Virus record (IMG/VR): IMGVR_UViG_3300032240_001498
Span: 32,001 to 96,000 of that record
Direction: 5' to 3' (one strand)
Source of the DNA: a virus
Lineage: Duplodnaviria > Caudoviricetes
DNA length: 64,000 nucleotides
Shown here: positions 17,706 to 28,900 of the stretch, piece after piece
Layout of the letters: every line of letters starts with the position of its first letter
Position numbering within the stretch: the first letter of the stretch is position 1
Notes under the pieces: model-generated
What the model was told of the DNA's origin: nothing
Seen by the model: the letters and a program-made list of their open reading frames with translations, nothing else
Databases searched by the model: none
Made by a program: the position numbers and the translations under genes

Positions 17706-18630
17706 GTGGCACCTGTGTTTTTCTTACGAAACTGTCAGGTCCTTCGGTCCATCCTAGCTCTTGTGCTTGCTTTACTGGGACAGCCAATCCGAAGTACCTT
17801 TCGTATTGAATATTTATATCCCACACAGTTTGGGCCGCTTTGAAATCGGCTATGACTCTTTGCTGTGCTACAAGTAGATCAGATAGTTGATCTTCGTAGG
17901 CTTCTGCTTTTTCTAAAATTTTGTTTGCTAATGCTGTTTTATCTTTATTGTGTGAAGTTGCTAGATAATCTAAAAATGGTGTGCGTGACCCATTTTGTCC
18001 TTGATTAGCTAACCATTCGCGAGCTTCATGTTTTTGTATTTCCCAAGATGCTTGCTCTAATTTACCACTTGGAGCCATTGTTAAAAATCTACGTTCAAAC
18101 TCATCTTCAATTGTTTCTTTAGCAAATAAGAACATGAAATCACGAACGTCTTTTACGATATCATCAGTTAGCTCTACCTGACGCTTGAAACCTGCATCCA
18201 AGTTTTGTACTGGAGAAATACCATCAGGTCCATGTGCTCTATCTTCTGTGTTTGCTATCCAAACTTTGGCCGCAGTACGATAGTCTGCAAAAAATTGCTT
18301 GCCATTAATTGCTACACTTTCTGTAATGTATGTAACTTTTGCTTTAGGCCATGTATAGTGTAGTGTATCATGCAGGTGTTTACTCATTGCTACGCATTGT
18401 ACATTAAATAGGCTATATAGTTCTTCACAATATAATGCAGGATCTTGGTGTGTGCTGTCAAACAATGAGTTAGGCAGCACATGATCTCCCACAATCATGA
18501 ATACTGTTGCTGAATTTACAAAAGTGTTGATATCATACGCAGGATCTCCTGAATATAATGCGGGAGGTAAAGCTTCTACGTTTGGATAAACTGATACATC
18601 CCAAAAGTCTACTGAATATTCTTGTGTCAT
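17689..18630 (-). CDS. Hypothetical protein whose C-terminus resembles tail-fibre assembly-associated proteins
   Basis: EQASWEIQKHEAREWL...TPFLDYLA...LANKILEKAEAY resembles a motif found in genes downstream of phage tail fibres. Confidence 0.55.
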   Translation of the reverse strand: MTQEYSVDFWDVSVYPNVEALPPALYSGDPAYDINTFVNSATVFMIVGDHVLPNSLFDSTHQDPALYCEELYSLFNVQCVAMSKHLHDTLHYTWPKAKVTYITESVAINGKQFFADYRTAAKVWIANTEDRAHGPDGISPVQNLDAGFKRQVELTDDIVKDVRDFMFLFAKETIEDEFERRFLTMAPSGKLEQASWEIQKHEAREWLANQGQNGSRTPFLDYLATSHNKDKTALANKILEKAEAYEDQLSDLLVAQQRVIADFKAAQTVWDINIQYERYFGLAVPVKQAQELGWTEGPDSFVRKTQVPHGFQF

Positions 18631-18631
18631 A

Positions 18632-19753
18632 TTAAACTCCTGGACGTCCTGAACTTGCTACTGTAGCCGCCGCCGAAACTGCGTGACCTGAACTTGCACC
18701 ATAGTGCCCTTTGTTACGTGTTGCCGCTGGCATACGTGTTTGTGCGTTGTTGTTATAAGTTGTCTTATCGCACTTGTTGTTTTGCTGGCCGTCATAGTTA
18801 CCAGTCATATAACCCCAGTCTTGTCCTGCCATCATAACGTCTTCGCCGTATGCTGATATCTGTGAGAAGTAGGCAATAGCTGAACCAGATGTTTCGTTAA
18901 ACTGCACACGACCTTGCTGTACGTTGTTGCCAGTACCGCTGTAATGCCAACCATATTTGGTGCTCAATAACTTCATGAATCCGTCTGGAGTAAACTGTGT
19001 CGGTGATCCAAACCATGAATCGTTTGAGTGATAAATGCCTGATGATCCGCCGCCGATTGAGAACCAAGAAATTTCTTGGCCGCCGCAACCTGAAGTTGGG
19101 CCACCACCGCGATTGTTACCAGTGGTGGTATACATGACTTCTGATGGAAAGTGCATCTTTTCTGTTGAGCTCGGACCTCCGCCTGTGCAATAACCGTATT
19201 GATAGGTTGCGGCACTGGTCGAACCGTGTGTTCTGCGGTTTACTGACATGTCCCAACCGCCAACTGTACCGTAGCCCATAACCGCCTGAGGATCGTCGCC
19301 CACATAACCGAATGAATAAGGACTGAATGTACCGCCTGTTTTACTGCGATTGATACCTGTATACAAGTTAAAACTGTCAGTGTGGCTGTTTGCTCCACCA
19401 AAGCCATTGTTTGTACCCAATGAGTAACCGTTATAGTCTGAGAAGAAACCATCCATGTAGTCTCCGGAATACATTAGCTGTTCTCCGCAGTAGTAGGTAA
19501 TATCTGTTGAATGCCATGTCTTGTTTAAGGCACGCCATGAATTGCCGCCCTTATAACCAGCCGCACTAAATCCGTGTGTTAACACACTACGGTATCTGTA
19601 ACCTGCTTGCGGGTTACCCGATGGGCTACCTGGATAAGTCCAAAATGCTGTAGTTCCGTCAGTTACCAACGTTGCGCCGCGGCAGTATGTGTCCGAACTT
19701 GGTAGCGGATAAATGCCCGGAATAATGTTAGTGTTACCAATGTATAATGCCAT
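18632..19753 (-). CDS. Gly/Ser/Tyr-rich repeat protein, possibly a beta-propeller fibre-tip protein
   Basis: Repeated units with GY..GG, for example YGYCTGGG and WGYMTGNY. The leader has GAGGAAACTAAC. Confidence 0.6.
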   Translation of the reverse strand: MALYIGNTNIIPGIYPLPSSDTYCRGATLVTDGTTAFWTYPGSPSGNPQAGYRYRSVLTHGFSAAGYKGGNSWRALNKTWHSTDITYYCGEQLMYSGDYMDGFFSDYNGYSLGTNNGFGGANSHTDSFNLYTGINRSKTGGTFSPYSFGYVGDDPQAVMGYGTVGGWDMSVNRRTHGSTSAATYQYGYCTGGGPSSTEKMHFPSEVMYTTTGNNRGGGPTSGCGGQEISWFSIGGGSSGIYHSNDSWFGSPTQFTPDGFMKLLSTKYGWHYSGTGNNVQQGRVQFNETSGSAIAYFSQISAYGEDVMMAGQDWGYMTGNYDGQQNNKCDKTTYNNNAQTRMPAATRNKGHYGASSGHAVSAAATVASSGRPGV

Positions 19754-19778
19754 GTTAGTTTCCTCTTATTACTGTTAT

Positions 19779-22295
19779 TTATTTAAGTAGCTGGGCTACC
19801 AATGCTTTTAACTGTGCAACTTCTTCTTTTAGTTGCGCAATTTCGTCTGAATGTTCGTTGTGTCCTGCAATTACCAAGGGCACTAATTTTTCGTACTGTA
19901 CAGTTAGATAGTTTTCGCCGGATTTGCTCTGGCCGTTTTCGTCTACGTCTAATGCCGCTAATCCCACAGCTTGGGGCTGTACAGCCTGTACTTGTGCCGC
20001 GTTCACACCAACCTGTTCACGAGTAGATTTTTGTCCTAGGCTAAGAGCCAGCTCGTTATTAACGTAGATAAATGTATCAAGTGTTTTTAGTTTGGCGCTG
20101 GCACTGGTTACAGGAGCAATAACTGTTTTTAGTCTAATATCAGATGTATTAGAATAAATGTCACCTGTTACATATAGTACGCCGTTGACCTGTATTGCAC
20201 CAGTACCGTTTGATTGTAGTGTGTTGTTGCCTGAACGATATATGTACCATTCGCCAGTACCGTTACCGCGCAGATATGTACCACTGGCGTAATTGTAAGT
20301 ACCAAAGAATAAGGATCCGCCACTTGTAACGTTAATATCGCCTGATCCGTTTACCTGTAAACATACGCCCGAGCCGTTACCTACAGAGTTGTTGTTTAAA
20401 GTCAATGCACCCGATGCCGCACCAGTGATAGTATGGGTAACGCCTGAGTTGCTGATTGTTAGTTGGTTGCTACCGTTGATAGTTGTGAAGTTGCCCGAGT
20501 AGGCTGTAACGCCAGAACCAATCGGTCCTTGGAATGTTGTTGTAGCAATAACTGTTGGGCAGGATAATGTAGTAGTACCTGGATTATAAGTTAGTGATGC
20601 GCTGTTGACGTTAAGTGTTGTGATCGCACCACTTACTGAGTTTGTAAATGTTGGGTAATAAGTAGCGTTGGTTGTAATGTTTGCAACAGTAACACCAGTC
20701 TGCGCCCATTGGAGTCCAGTACCAGTCGATGTCAGTGCGTAACCACTTGTACCTGCAGATCCACCAATGTATAATGCTCCGCGGAGAGTTAGTCCACTTG
20801 CAATATCAACACCGCCTGCAACTGCAAATGCGCCTGTACCTGCTGTACCGTTGGCCGCAGTAGTTGAGTTAACTGTAAAGTCACCACTGCCGTTGGCAAT
20901 TAATCTAATGTTACCTGCGCCGTCTGAAATAATAATACCGTTAGAAACAATGGTTCCGCCTGCATTACCACCTATGATAACTGCGTTGTTGATTGCGGCA
21001 CCAATACTTGTACCAGCACCGTAACCAATTAGGGTATTACTTGCTCCGCTGACTAACGCATTACCTGCATTATAACCAATCAAGGTATTTTGATAGCCAC
21101 CGGCCATTTGGAAACCAGCTTGATAACCAATTGCAGTATTGTTGTAGAAGCCACCGTTACCTGTACCTAGCGCACGATAACCAATCGCCACGTTGTTCTG
21201 CATGGCTGTATTATTGGCAGTATACATGGCCTGATAACCAATAGCAGTATTGTTACCGCCTGTGGCTGTTTGGGCCAATAACGCTTGATAACCAATTGCA
21301 GTATTACCTGCAGAACTTGTCAGTGCGTTACCTGCATAGTAACCAATCAGCGCATTAGTACCACCAGTTAATAGTGCGGCACCTGCACCTGTACCTACAA
21401 CTAAATTTGTTGCAATACTTGAGTTACCTGTACCAAAACGTACACCGCTGTGGAAAGCATCACTGCCTGTTACAATACCACCGCCTGCTGATATACCACC
21501 ATAGGTTACGATAGCACCAGTACCTGTTGATGCAATACCAGATGCGATAGTGATTGCTGTTGATAGTGGTATGCTTATACCAGTAGCACTAACTGTTAAT
21601 CCGTTTAGTTGTGTTGCAATGGCACCAGCTGATTGACTGGCGCTTGATACTAAAAAGTTTAAATTGCCAGATGTTAATTGAACTTGTGCATTATAGCCTG
21701 TACCGCTTACATAAGTTGTACCAGCGTTATTGTAGCTGTTTAGGCCAATGCCTAACGGATATGTACTTGCGCCAACCTGAATAGCAACAGCTTGCGAATT
21801 TCCTGAATTATAAAAGTAGCCAGCAACGTTTGTAGTTGTGCTAACTGTAATACCATATGTAGATCCTGCACCACCAACACCTAAGTTAGCGTTCATGGCA
21901 AACGAACCGCCGATATTTAAGTTACCCGAAATACCTGCACCACCAAATACCTGTAGACTACCTGTTTGTGTTGTTGTAGATTGTATTGGGCTTGTAGATG
22001 CACCAATGTATGTAACACCATTGTATGGGGCAATGTTAACTGCGCCGGTATCTTGTACAATAAGACTTGGTATACCGCTCTTATCTGTAACGGTATACAA
22101 ATAACCAGCCATACTGTCGATCACACTTTGTAACTGTCCGTTCGTACCTTCCCATGCTTGCGTACCATTATCTAGAACACGCACATACGTAGATGCAGAG
22201 CTGGCCGAAGCGCCGCCAGTAAACCTTATGATCGGCTCGGTTGTGCTTGAACCAATGTTTGGCGTTATTAAAATATTACGATCTGTATATGCCAT
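19779..22295 (-). CDS. Tail fibre with NTAIGY repeats and a C-terminal peptidase S74 intramolecular chaperone
   Basis: About 8 N(T/V/A)xIGYxA repeats. The C-terminus has SDIRLK...GVNAAQVQAVQP...YLTVQYEKLVPLVI plus a coiled coil. Confidence 0.85.
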   Translation of the reverse strand: MAYTDRNILITPNIGSSTTEPIIRFTGGASASSASTYVRVLDNGTQAWEGTNGQLQSVIDSMAGYLYTVTDKSGIPSLIVQDTGAVNIAPYNGVTYIGASTSPIQSTTTQTGSLQVFGGAGISGNLNIGGSFAMNANLGVGGAGSTYGITVSTTTNVAGYFYNSGNSQAVAIQVGASTYPLGIGLNSYNNAGTTYVSGTGYNAQVQLTSGNLNFLVSSASQSAGAIATQLNGLTVSATGISIPLSTAITIASGIASTGTGAIVTYGGISAGGGIVTGSDAFHSGVRFGTGNSSIATNLVVGTGAGAALLTGGTNALIGYYAGNALTSSAGNTAIGYQALLAQTATGGNNTAIGYQAMYTANNTAMQNNVAIGYRALGTGNGGFYNNTAIGYQAGFQMAGGYQNTLIGYNAGNALVSGASNTLIGYGAGTSIGAAINNAVIIGGNAGGTIVSNGIIISDGAGNIRLIANGSGDFTVNSTTAANGTAGTGAFAVAGGVDIASGLTLRGALYIGGSAGTSGYALTSTGTGLQWAQTGVTVANITTNATYYPTFTNSVSGAITTLNVNSASLTYNPGTTTLSCPTVIATTTFQGPIGSGVTAYSGNFTTINGSNQLTISNSGVTHTITGAASGALTLNNNSVGNGSGVCLQVNGSGDINVTSGGSLFFGTYNYASGTYLRGNGTGEWYIYRSGNNTLQSNGTGAIQVNGVLYVTGDIYSNTSDIRLKTVIAPVTSASAKLKTLDTFIYVNNELALSLGQKSTREQVGVNAAQVQAVQPQAVGLAALDVDENGQSKSGENYLTVQYEKLVPLVIAGHNEHSDEIAQLKEEVAQLKALVAQLLK

Positions 22296-22329
22296 CTCTT
22301 ATTCCATTGTTCCTGTATTTATTGGTCTA

Positions 22330-22983
22330 TTATAATCCAAAACTTGAGCGATATGCTTGAAACACTAATTTTACTTCAGTGTCACTTAGTACTCTGCTGT
22401 AAAATAGGGTTGGGCCTATCTGTCCGTTAGGAGGTCCGCTGTAAAATAGCTGGAGGTTACCAGCTATGCTTGCAGAACCTGCTAGGTTGTTTTGTGCATC
22501 TAGCACTCCGTTATAATAAAGTTTGCTGGTTGCTGTTCCACCTGCTGAACCTGTTCCGCTAAAACTACCTGCCCAGCAATGCCATGTGTTCAAAGGCACA
22601 GTTGTATTTGAAGTAAGGTCGCCGCCAGTTAGGTAAGTTTCCCAACGCATGTTTGTTGCGTTACCCATGTACAAGTTTGCAGTATTTGAACCAGAAGTAT
22701 AACCAAAAGTTCCGCCTGCACGAGTAGTTAAATTCATGAACTGAATTACTGTATATCCCGAAGTTAAACTCAACGAGTAAGAATTATTACTGGTGATAGT
22801 GTAGGCCGCACCTGGAGTAAAATAGTTGCCCGACCATGCACTTGAAGAGCTTAAGGTTAGCGCCTGATTATCAATTTGATTATATGCGGCTGTGCCTGTT
22901 CCTGGATAGCATTTTGTATTACGAGGATCGGCCATAAAGACCAAACCTGAAAGAGGAATATAAGGTCCTATTGAGATTGACAT
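22330..22983 (-). CDS. LamG/concanavalin-A-like lectin domain protein
   Basis: GLVFMADPRN..CYPGTG, NTWHCWAG, KLYYNG and LFYSRVLSDTEV. Confidence 0.75.
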   Translation of the reverse strand: MSISIGPYIPLSGLVFMADPRNTKCYPGTGTAAYNQIDNQALTLSSSSAWSGNYFTPGAAYTITSNNSYSLSLTSGYTVIQFMNLTTRAGGTFGYTSGSNTANLYMGNATNMRWETYLTGGDLTSNTTVPLNTWHCWAGSFSGTGSAGGTATSKLYYNGVLDAQNNLAGSASIAGNLQLFYSGPPNGQIGPTLFYSRVLSDTEVKLVFQAYRSSFGL

Positions 22984-22984
22984 A

Positions 22985-25900
22985 TTATTTTCCTCCTTCT
23001 ACGTCTAGTTTGCCGATGTCTTTGCGTTCGGCCCATACTGTATAGAAACAGTTGATTTTCTTGCTCATAATGTTTTCATTACCAATATAAACTTTGTTGT
23101 TTTCGATACGGTCTACATACAGTTTCTGATGCGCACCAATTGGTGTTATATCAATTGTAATTGAACCTTCATCAACTAACGCTGTCCAGTAGTCTGGCAA
23201 TTCAATTACACCGTTAGTACACCGTCCACGTACATAGACTCCATTTTCTGGTCCTTCTAAACTACCGTACTGTAGTTTTTGTCCCGGCTTAGTTGGATGA
23301 TCAATTAAGAAGCTCTTGGCTGTTGCGTATAGTGTACCACCAATGTATACGTTACCTGCAATGCCAACACCGCCGTCAACAATCAATGCACCTGTAGCTG
23401 TTGCTGTAGCATTGGTTGTGTTAGTAATTCTTAAAGTATTTCCAACACTCATAGAGCCGTTAATACTGCTCATCAATGTAGCCGCAGTGATCACGGCGCT
23501 TCCTGCTACTGTTGCTGTATTTGCAACATATAAACTGCCGCCGGAATACAAGTTATTTGTAGTTGAAGCAACTGCCGCACTGGTTGTTGATGTGTAGTAA
23601 CCTGCGATATATCCTGGTTCTGCTTGCGCACCAAATATATAGATACCAAAACCTGCTGTACCAGTGTATGATGTCAAGCTGTCATTGATAACTGTACCAG
23701 CACCAATCGCTGTGTAGATACCAAATGCTGTTGCAGTTGCACTGGTCGGAGCCCAAACTGTCAATGAGCAACGATACCAGTTACCTGTACCAACATATGG
23801 AACAAATTCGCAACGTGCTTGAACAGGATATAATGCGCCTGCTGTATTTGCTACAGCACCTGTTGATAAGTTGAACCATGCTGAGTGTGCTTGGCCTGCA
23901 ATAGTAATGTTGACTGCACCGTAGGTACGATCAGCGGATTGCATAAACACGCTGACTGTAATTGGACCAGTTTGACTAATAGTCTGCTGGAAGTAGTGAT
24001 TACCGTTAGCACTTGTTTCAACAAGTTTAGTAGCATTTAGTGTGCCGTCTGGGCTGTATGTGCTACCTGCTTGATAGGTTGTGTTTAACTTAGACCAGTT
24101 ACCTACTGACCAATCATTGCTGTAGACTAATAAGTTGCCGCCCTGCGCATACAGGCCCTGTGCAACGTTAGCACCACTAGATATTTGGTTGCCAGATAAC
24201 TGTAAGTTAGCACCGCTGTTTAGGAATGTATTCAATCCAATTGATACTGGGCCACCGACAAACAAGTCTTTACCAATACCAACACCACCAGTTACAATCT
24301 CTGCACCTGTCAGTGTTGAGATAGATACTGTTGCGCTGGTTACAGCGATGTATGGTGTAGAAGTTGATGAACCGCCTGATCCACCGCTACCGCCTGTACC
24401 AACTAGAGCACCGTTAGCGTAGATGTTGCGAGCATAAATGTCTCCAGCAACTCCTAAGCCACCGGAAATAATTACAGCGCCAGTTATGGTACTTGTTGCA
24501 CTGGTAACGTTGGTAACTTTAATTTGTCCAGGATGTGTCTGTATGCCAGCACTATCCCATGAAGCACGTAGGTTACCTTGACCGTCTGCAAGTAATATGT
24601 TGTTGCTTGATGTAGCAATAGTTGAACCATCAATACCACCAATTACCACGTTGTATGCACCGCTGGTAATTGCCTTACCTGCTTGATAACCTAACGCAAC
24701 GTTTTGATTTCCTGTTGCAACTTGTAGAGCTTGATAACCAACACCAACGCCTGCGCTTAGTGTTGAGTTGTTGCCAGCGCCTGCATTATTACCTACGTAA
24801 GTATTATATGTACCTGCGGCAATTAAGTTACCTGCATTGTAACCAATTAAGGTGTTACCTGCTCCACTGGTTAGTGTGTAGCCTGCATTGTTACCAACTA
24901 AAGTAGTTTGAGCACCACTCAATGCTGGACCAGCATAAGCACCAATTACAACACTTTGTACTGAACTTGTTGACGATGGGTAACCAGCATTATTGCTGTT
25001 AAAGAATATTGAACCTGCACCAGCGCCACCGTCGTCACCGACTGCAATCTGTGTAGTCTGCCAGCGAATCTTATTAACTGCGGTATTAAAGTTAATGTTG
25101 CCGCCGGCCCAAATGTTGCCGCCAACTCCTAAGCCACCGTTGGTAATTTTTACAGCGGCTGTTGTTGTGCTTGTTGCTTGTGTAGCATTGATAACTGTTA
25201 CAATACCGCTTAGGTTAGTTATACCTACATGAGTTGTTTGACCGCCAACATACAAGTCTTGTGTTATACCAATACCACCAGTTGTGTACAATGCTCCTGA
25301 GCCAGTACCTGCGGCATTGGTTGCGTTCTGTATAAACAACGGATTGGTGATTGTACCACCGTTAAACGCACCAGTAAACGACCCAACGTTCTGTGTTGTA
25401 ACGATTTGATAACCGTTGATCCAGCTGTTGTTGGTCAAGTAAATGCTCTGTGCGCCAATACCACCAGTAACTTGTAATGCGTTACCAGCAATAGTCGAAG
25501 TACTTGCAATAGCAGAACTGATATATGTTGTGCCTGTGATATTTGCTGTTCCACCAACAAACAAGTTACCACCAATGCCCGCACCACCGTAGGTTACAAT
25601 GCTTCCGCTTTGTGTACTGATTGCTTGAGTAGCAGTTGCAATAGTAAATGCACCATTACCAAAGCGAGCCATTTCATAGTTAGCGGCATTAGCAAATATT
25701 AAGTTGCTACCGTAGGTTACCACAGCATCGCCTGCGGCCGCAGTAGCAATAAAGTTACTTGCGGCACCTGCTACACCAATACGGAAGTCTGAATTCGAAC
25801 CAACACCAGTTCTAGTAATCATCAGATCAACATATGAACCTGATGCGCCTGATCTTAATATGTGATCATTGTTGCCTGTTGCATAGATACCATATCCACT

Positions 25901-28900
25901 TGCAGAAGCGCCGTTGATGTGTATCTTACCTTGTAGGTTGCTTGAAACGCCAAGACCTAAATTACCGCCTTGTGCGCCACCGTCAATAACTCCGCGTAGT
26001 GTTTGGTTAGTACCGTTAGTTGTATAGAAACCCAAGTAGCCGTTGCTACCAGATATTGATCCAACACCTGCACCACCTGCGGCAAATGTTTGGTTAGCGT
26101 TCATAAACGCAATACCAGAAATATCTGTACTGAACAAATCACGTCCAATCTGCCAACGTGGGCTTGCTTCAGTTAATTTAATTTCATAAATTGCCTGTGA
26201 GCCACCTGCGTTTGTGATCTGTACACGTGAACTATTATATGAACCAGCAACAATGTTACCGTTAACTTCAAGAGCTTGTCCTGGAAGGGCTGTATTAATA
26301 CCCACGTTACCGCCAAAGTAACCTTGGCTTGCAACTGTCAAGTTACCGTTAATGCCGGCGCCACCGAATACCTGTAGGCTACCTGTAGCTGTGTTACCTA
26401 GTGTGCCTGCCTGTCCGTAGTTTACACCAATAGCCGCATAACCACCTGTGTAGATGTTGCCACCTAGACCAAATCCACCATTCTGTACAATCAATGCACC
26501 AGTTGTTGTGCTTATTGATTGTGTAGCATTGTTGATTGTTAGGGCCGCATTAATTGTACCACCGGAGAAACTGTTGATGTTAGCCGCTGTAATGATTGGG
26601 CTTGTACCAATGTAACCTGCTGTGGCAATGTATAATGTGTTAGCACCAATACCACCAGTAACCTGTAGTGCGTTACCAGCAATAGTGCTTGTGCTTGACA
26701 ATGCACTTGCAATAGCTACTAGGCCGCCATGATATGAATCTTTAGTAACTGCCATGCCACCATAGGTTACTAATGATCCTGTGTTCAATGCAGAAGTAGC
26801 ATTTGTAGTTGAGTTAACAATAATTGCATTTGCTACATAACCACCATTGTATGCGTAAGCACCGATGTTAGCAACTGTAACGATTGGGCTACCGTTAATA
26901 TAACCATTAGTATCAATGCTTAGGTACTTGCCGCCAATACCACCCGGTGTGTAAATTGCGTTGCCTGTTGCACTTGATAAGTTGTATAATGTGCTTTGTA
27001 CTGTTGCTGTGTTGCCAACAGTCAGGCTCTTACCAACACCTGCCCCACCTACAACTTGTAAGCTACCAGTTTGTGTAGTTGTTGATTCAACTGCGCCTGA
27101 GAAACGAGCAGTAAGAGAATATAGTGTATTCCACGGTGTAGTATTATTTCCAAGGTTCCAACCACCTGATGTAGAAGGAATAATATTTCCTTGACTTACC
27201 CAAGCGTTGATACCATCAAATAACATAGAAGCATATGGTGCTGTAGTGTTACCAATGTATAAACCAGAGTTAATTGCAAGAGCCGCGTTACCTGATGCTG
27301 TGCTTAGATAAATTGCCTTGTCACCAGACTGAATACGTGTACTATCAATAATAGTCTGTATGCCGTCAACGTACAAGTCACCTGTTAGGTACATGCTACC
27401 TAGAACGTTTGCATTTCCGCCAACCCATAGGTTCTTACCAATACCAACACCACCAGTAACAACTAGAGCACCAGTTTGTGTACTTGTTGCATCTGCTGTG
27501 TTAGCAAGTGTTAATGCGTTGTTAATTGTACCGCCAGAGAAACTGTTGATGTTAGCACTTGTAACGATCTGTGCGTTTCCAATCCAACCGCTGTCTGTTA
27601 GGTATAATGTTTGAGCGCCAATGCCGCCTACTACCTGGACTGCGTTTCCGCCAACTGTTGATGTACTGCTTAAATTGCTTCCAACATACAGGCTCTTGGT
27701 AATACTTGCGCCACCAGATACTGCTAATGCACCAGTACCTGCGCCTGTTTGATCAGTTGCTGTGCTTACTGTTAAGGCTCCGCCAATTGATAGTGGACTA
27801 CCTGCTGAGTTAATTGTAGTTGCTGTTACGTTAGTGGCAATTAAATTACCGTAGAAGTTAGTACCAGCATAAATGTTACCAACTGCTGATATACCGCCAG
27901 CTGTACGGATAGCACCGCTTGAGTTGTTTATGGCCTGTGTAGTTGTGTTTACATACAATGCAGTAGTAATTGTACCACCATTGAATGAATAGCTACCAAT
28001 GTTGGCCGCTGTGATAACTTTACTGTTACCTACCCATGCCGCGCCAGTTACGTTTAAGTTACCAAACCAACCACCACCACTGACCTGCATTGCGTTGCTG
28101 GCAATAGTTGCAGTGCTGAATCCTGCGGCTGTTGTAATAATATTGTTTTTGGCCGCAAAGTTTCCAGTAGCAGTAAATCTTGCCCACTCAACTGTTGTGT
28201 TTGTACCAAGGTTGTTGTCCCATGCACCGCCAGCGAATACCAACGGAACTTGACTACCTGAACTTGTACCACCAGATGCAATCCAGTGTTCAAACGTTGC
28301 GCCGTTATCGCTTGAGAACGCGGCCATTGCAACTTTAGAAGTATCACCACCAAACAATGAACTGTGTAGTGTATTATTGAAACTTACTAGGTTGCTCATT
28401 GTGTTGGCAGTCTGTATCCAACTCCATGTGCCTGCTGAGCTTCCTGCTAGATGTATACCGTATTGAGGAGTAGCTTGGCCAACTCCTAGTACTGCGCCCA
28501 GTGCAGAACCGTTTGGATTGTAGGTTGTAATTCTACCTATTTCAATCTTATTCTGAATAAACGCTAATGGTATTGCTGTGTTGTTTGATCCGATGTTAAC
28601 AGCATTTAGTGTTGTGTTAATACCAAAGTAACCGTCATAGGTCGGTGATATGTTAAACGGATCAACAAACTCGTAGTATCCGCCTGACCATATGTTGCCG
28701 CCTACTCCTAGGCCGCCATTGGTAACCTGTAGAGCACCTGTAGTTGTTGAAGTGGCCTGTGTACCATTGTTGATAACCAATGGATTATTAATTGTACCAC
28801 CAGAGTAACTGTTAATGTTCTGTGCTGTAATAACAGGGTAGCCACCTACCCATGCTTGATTCTGTACACGCAAGTATCCAAAGCTACCACCACCAACAAC

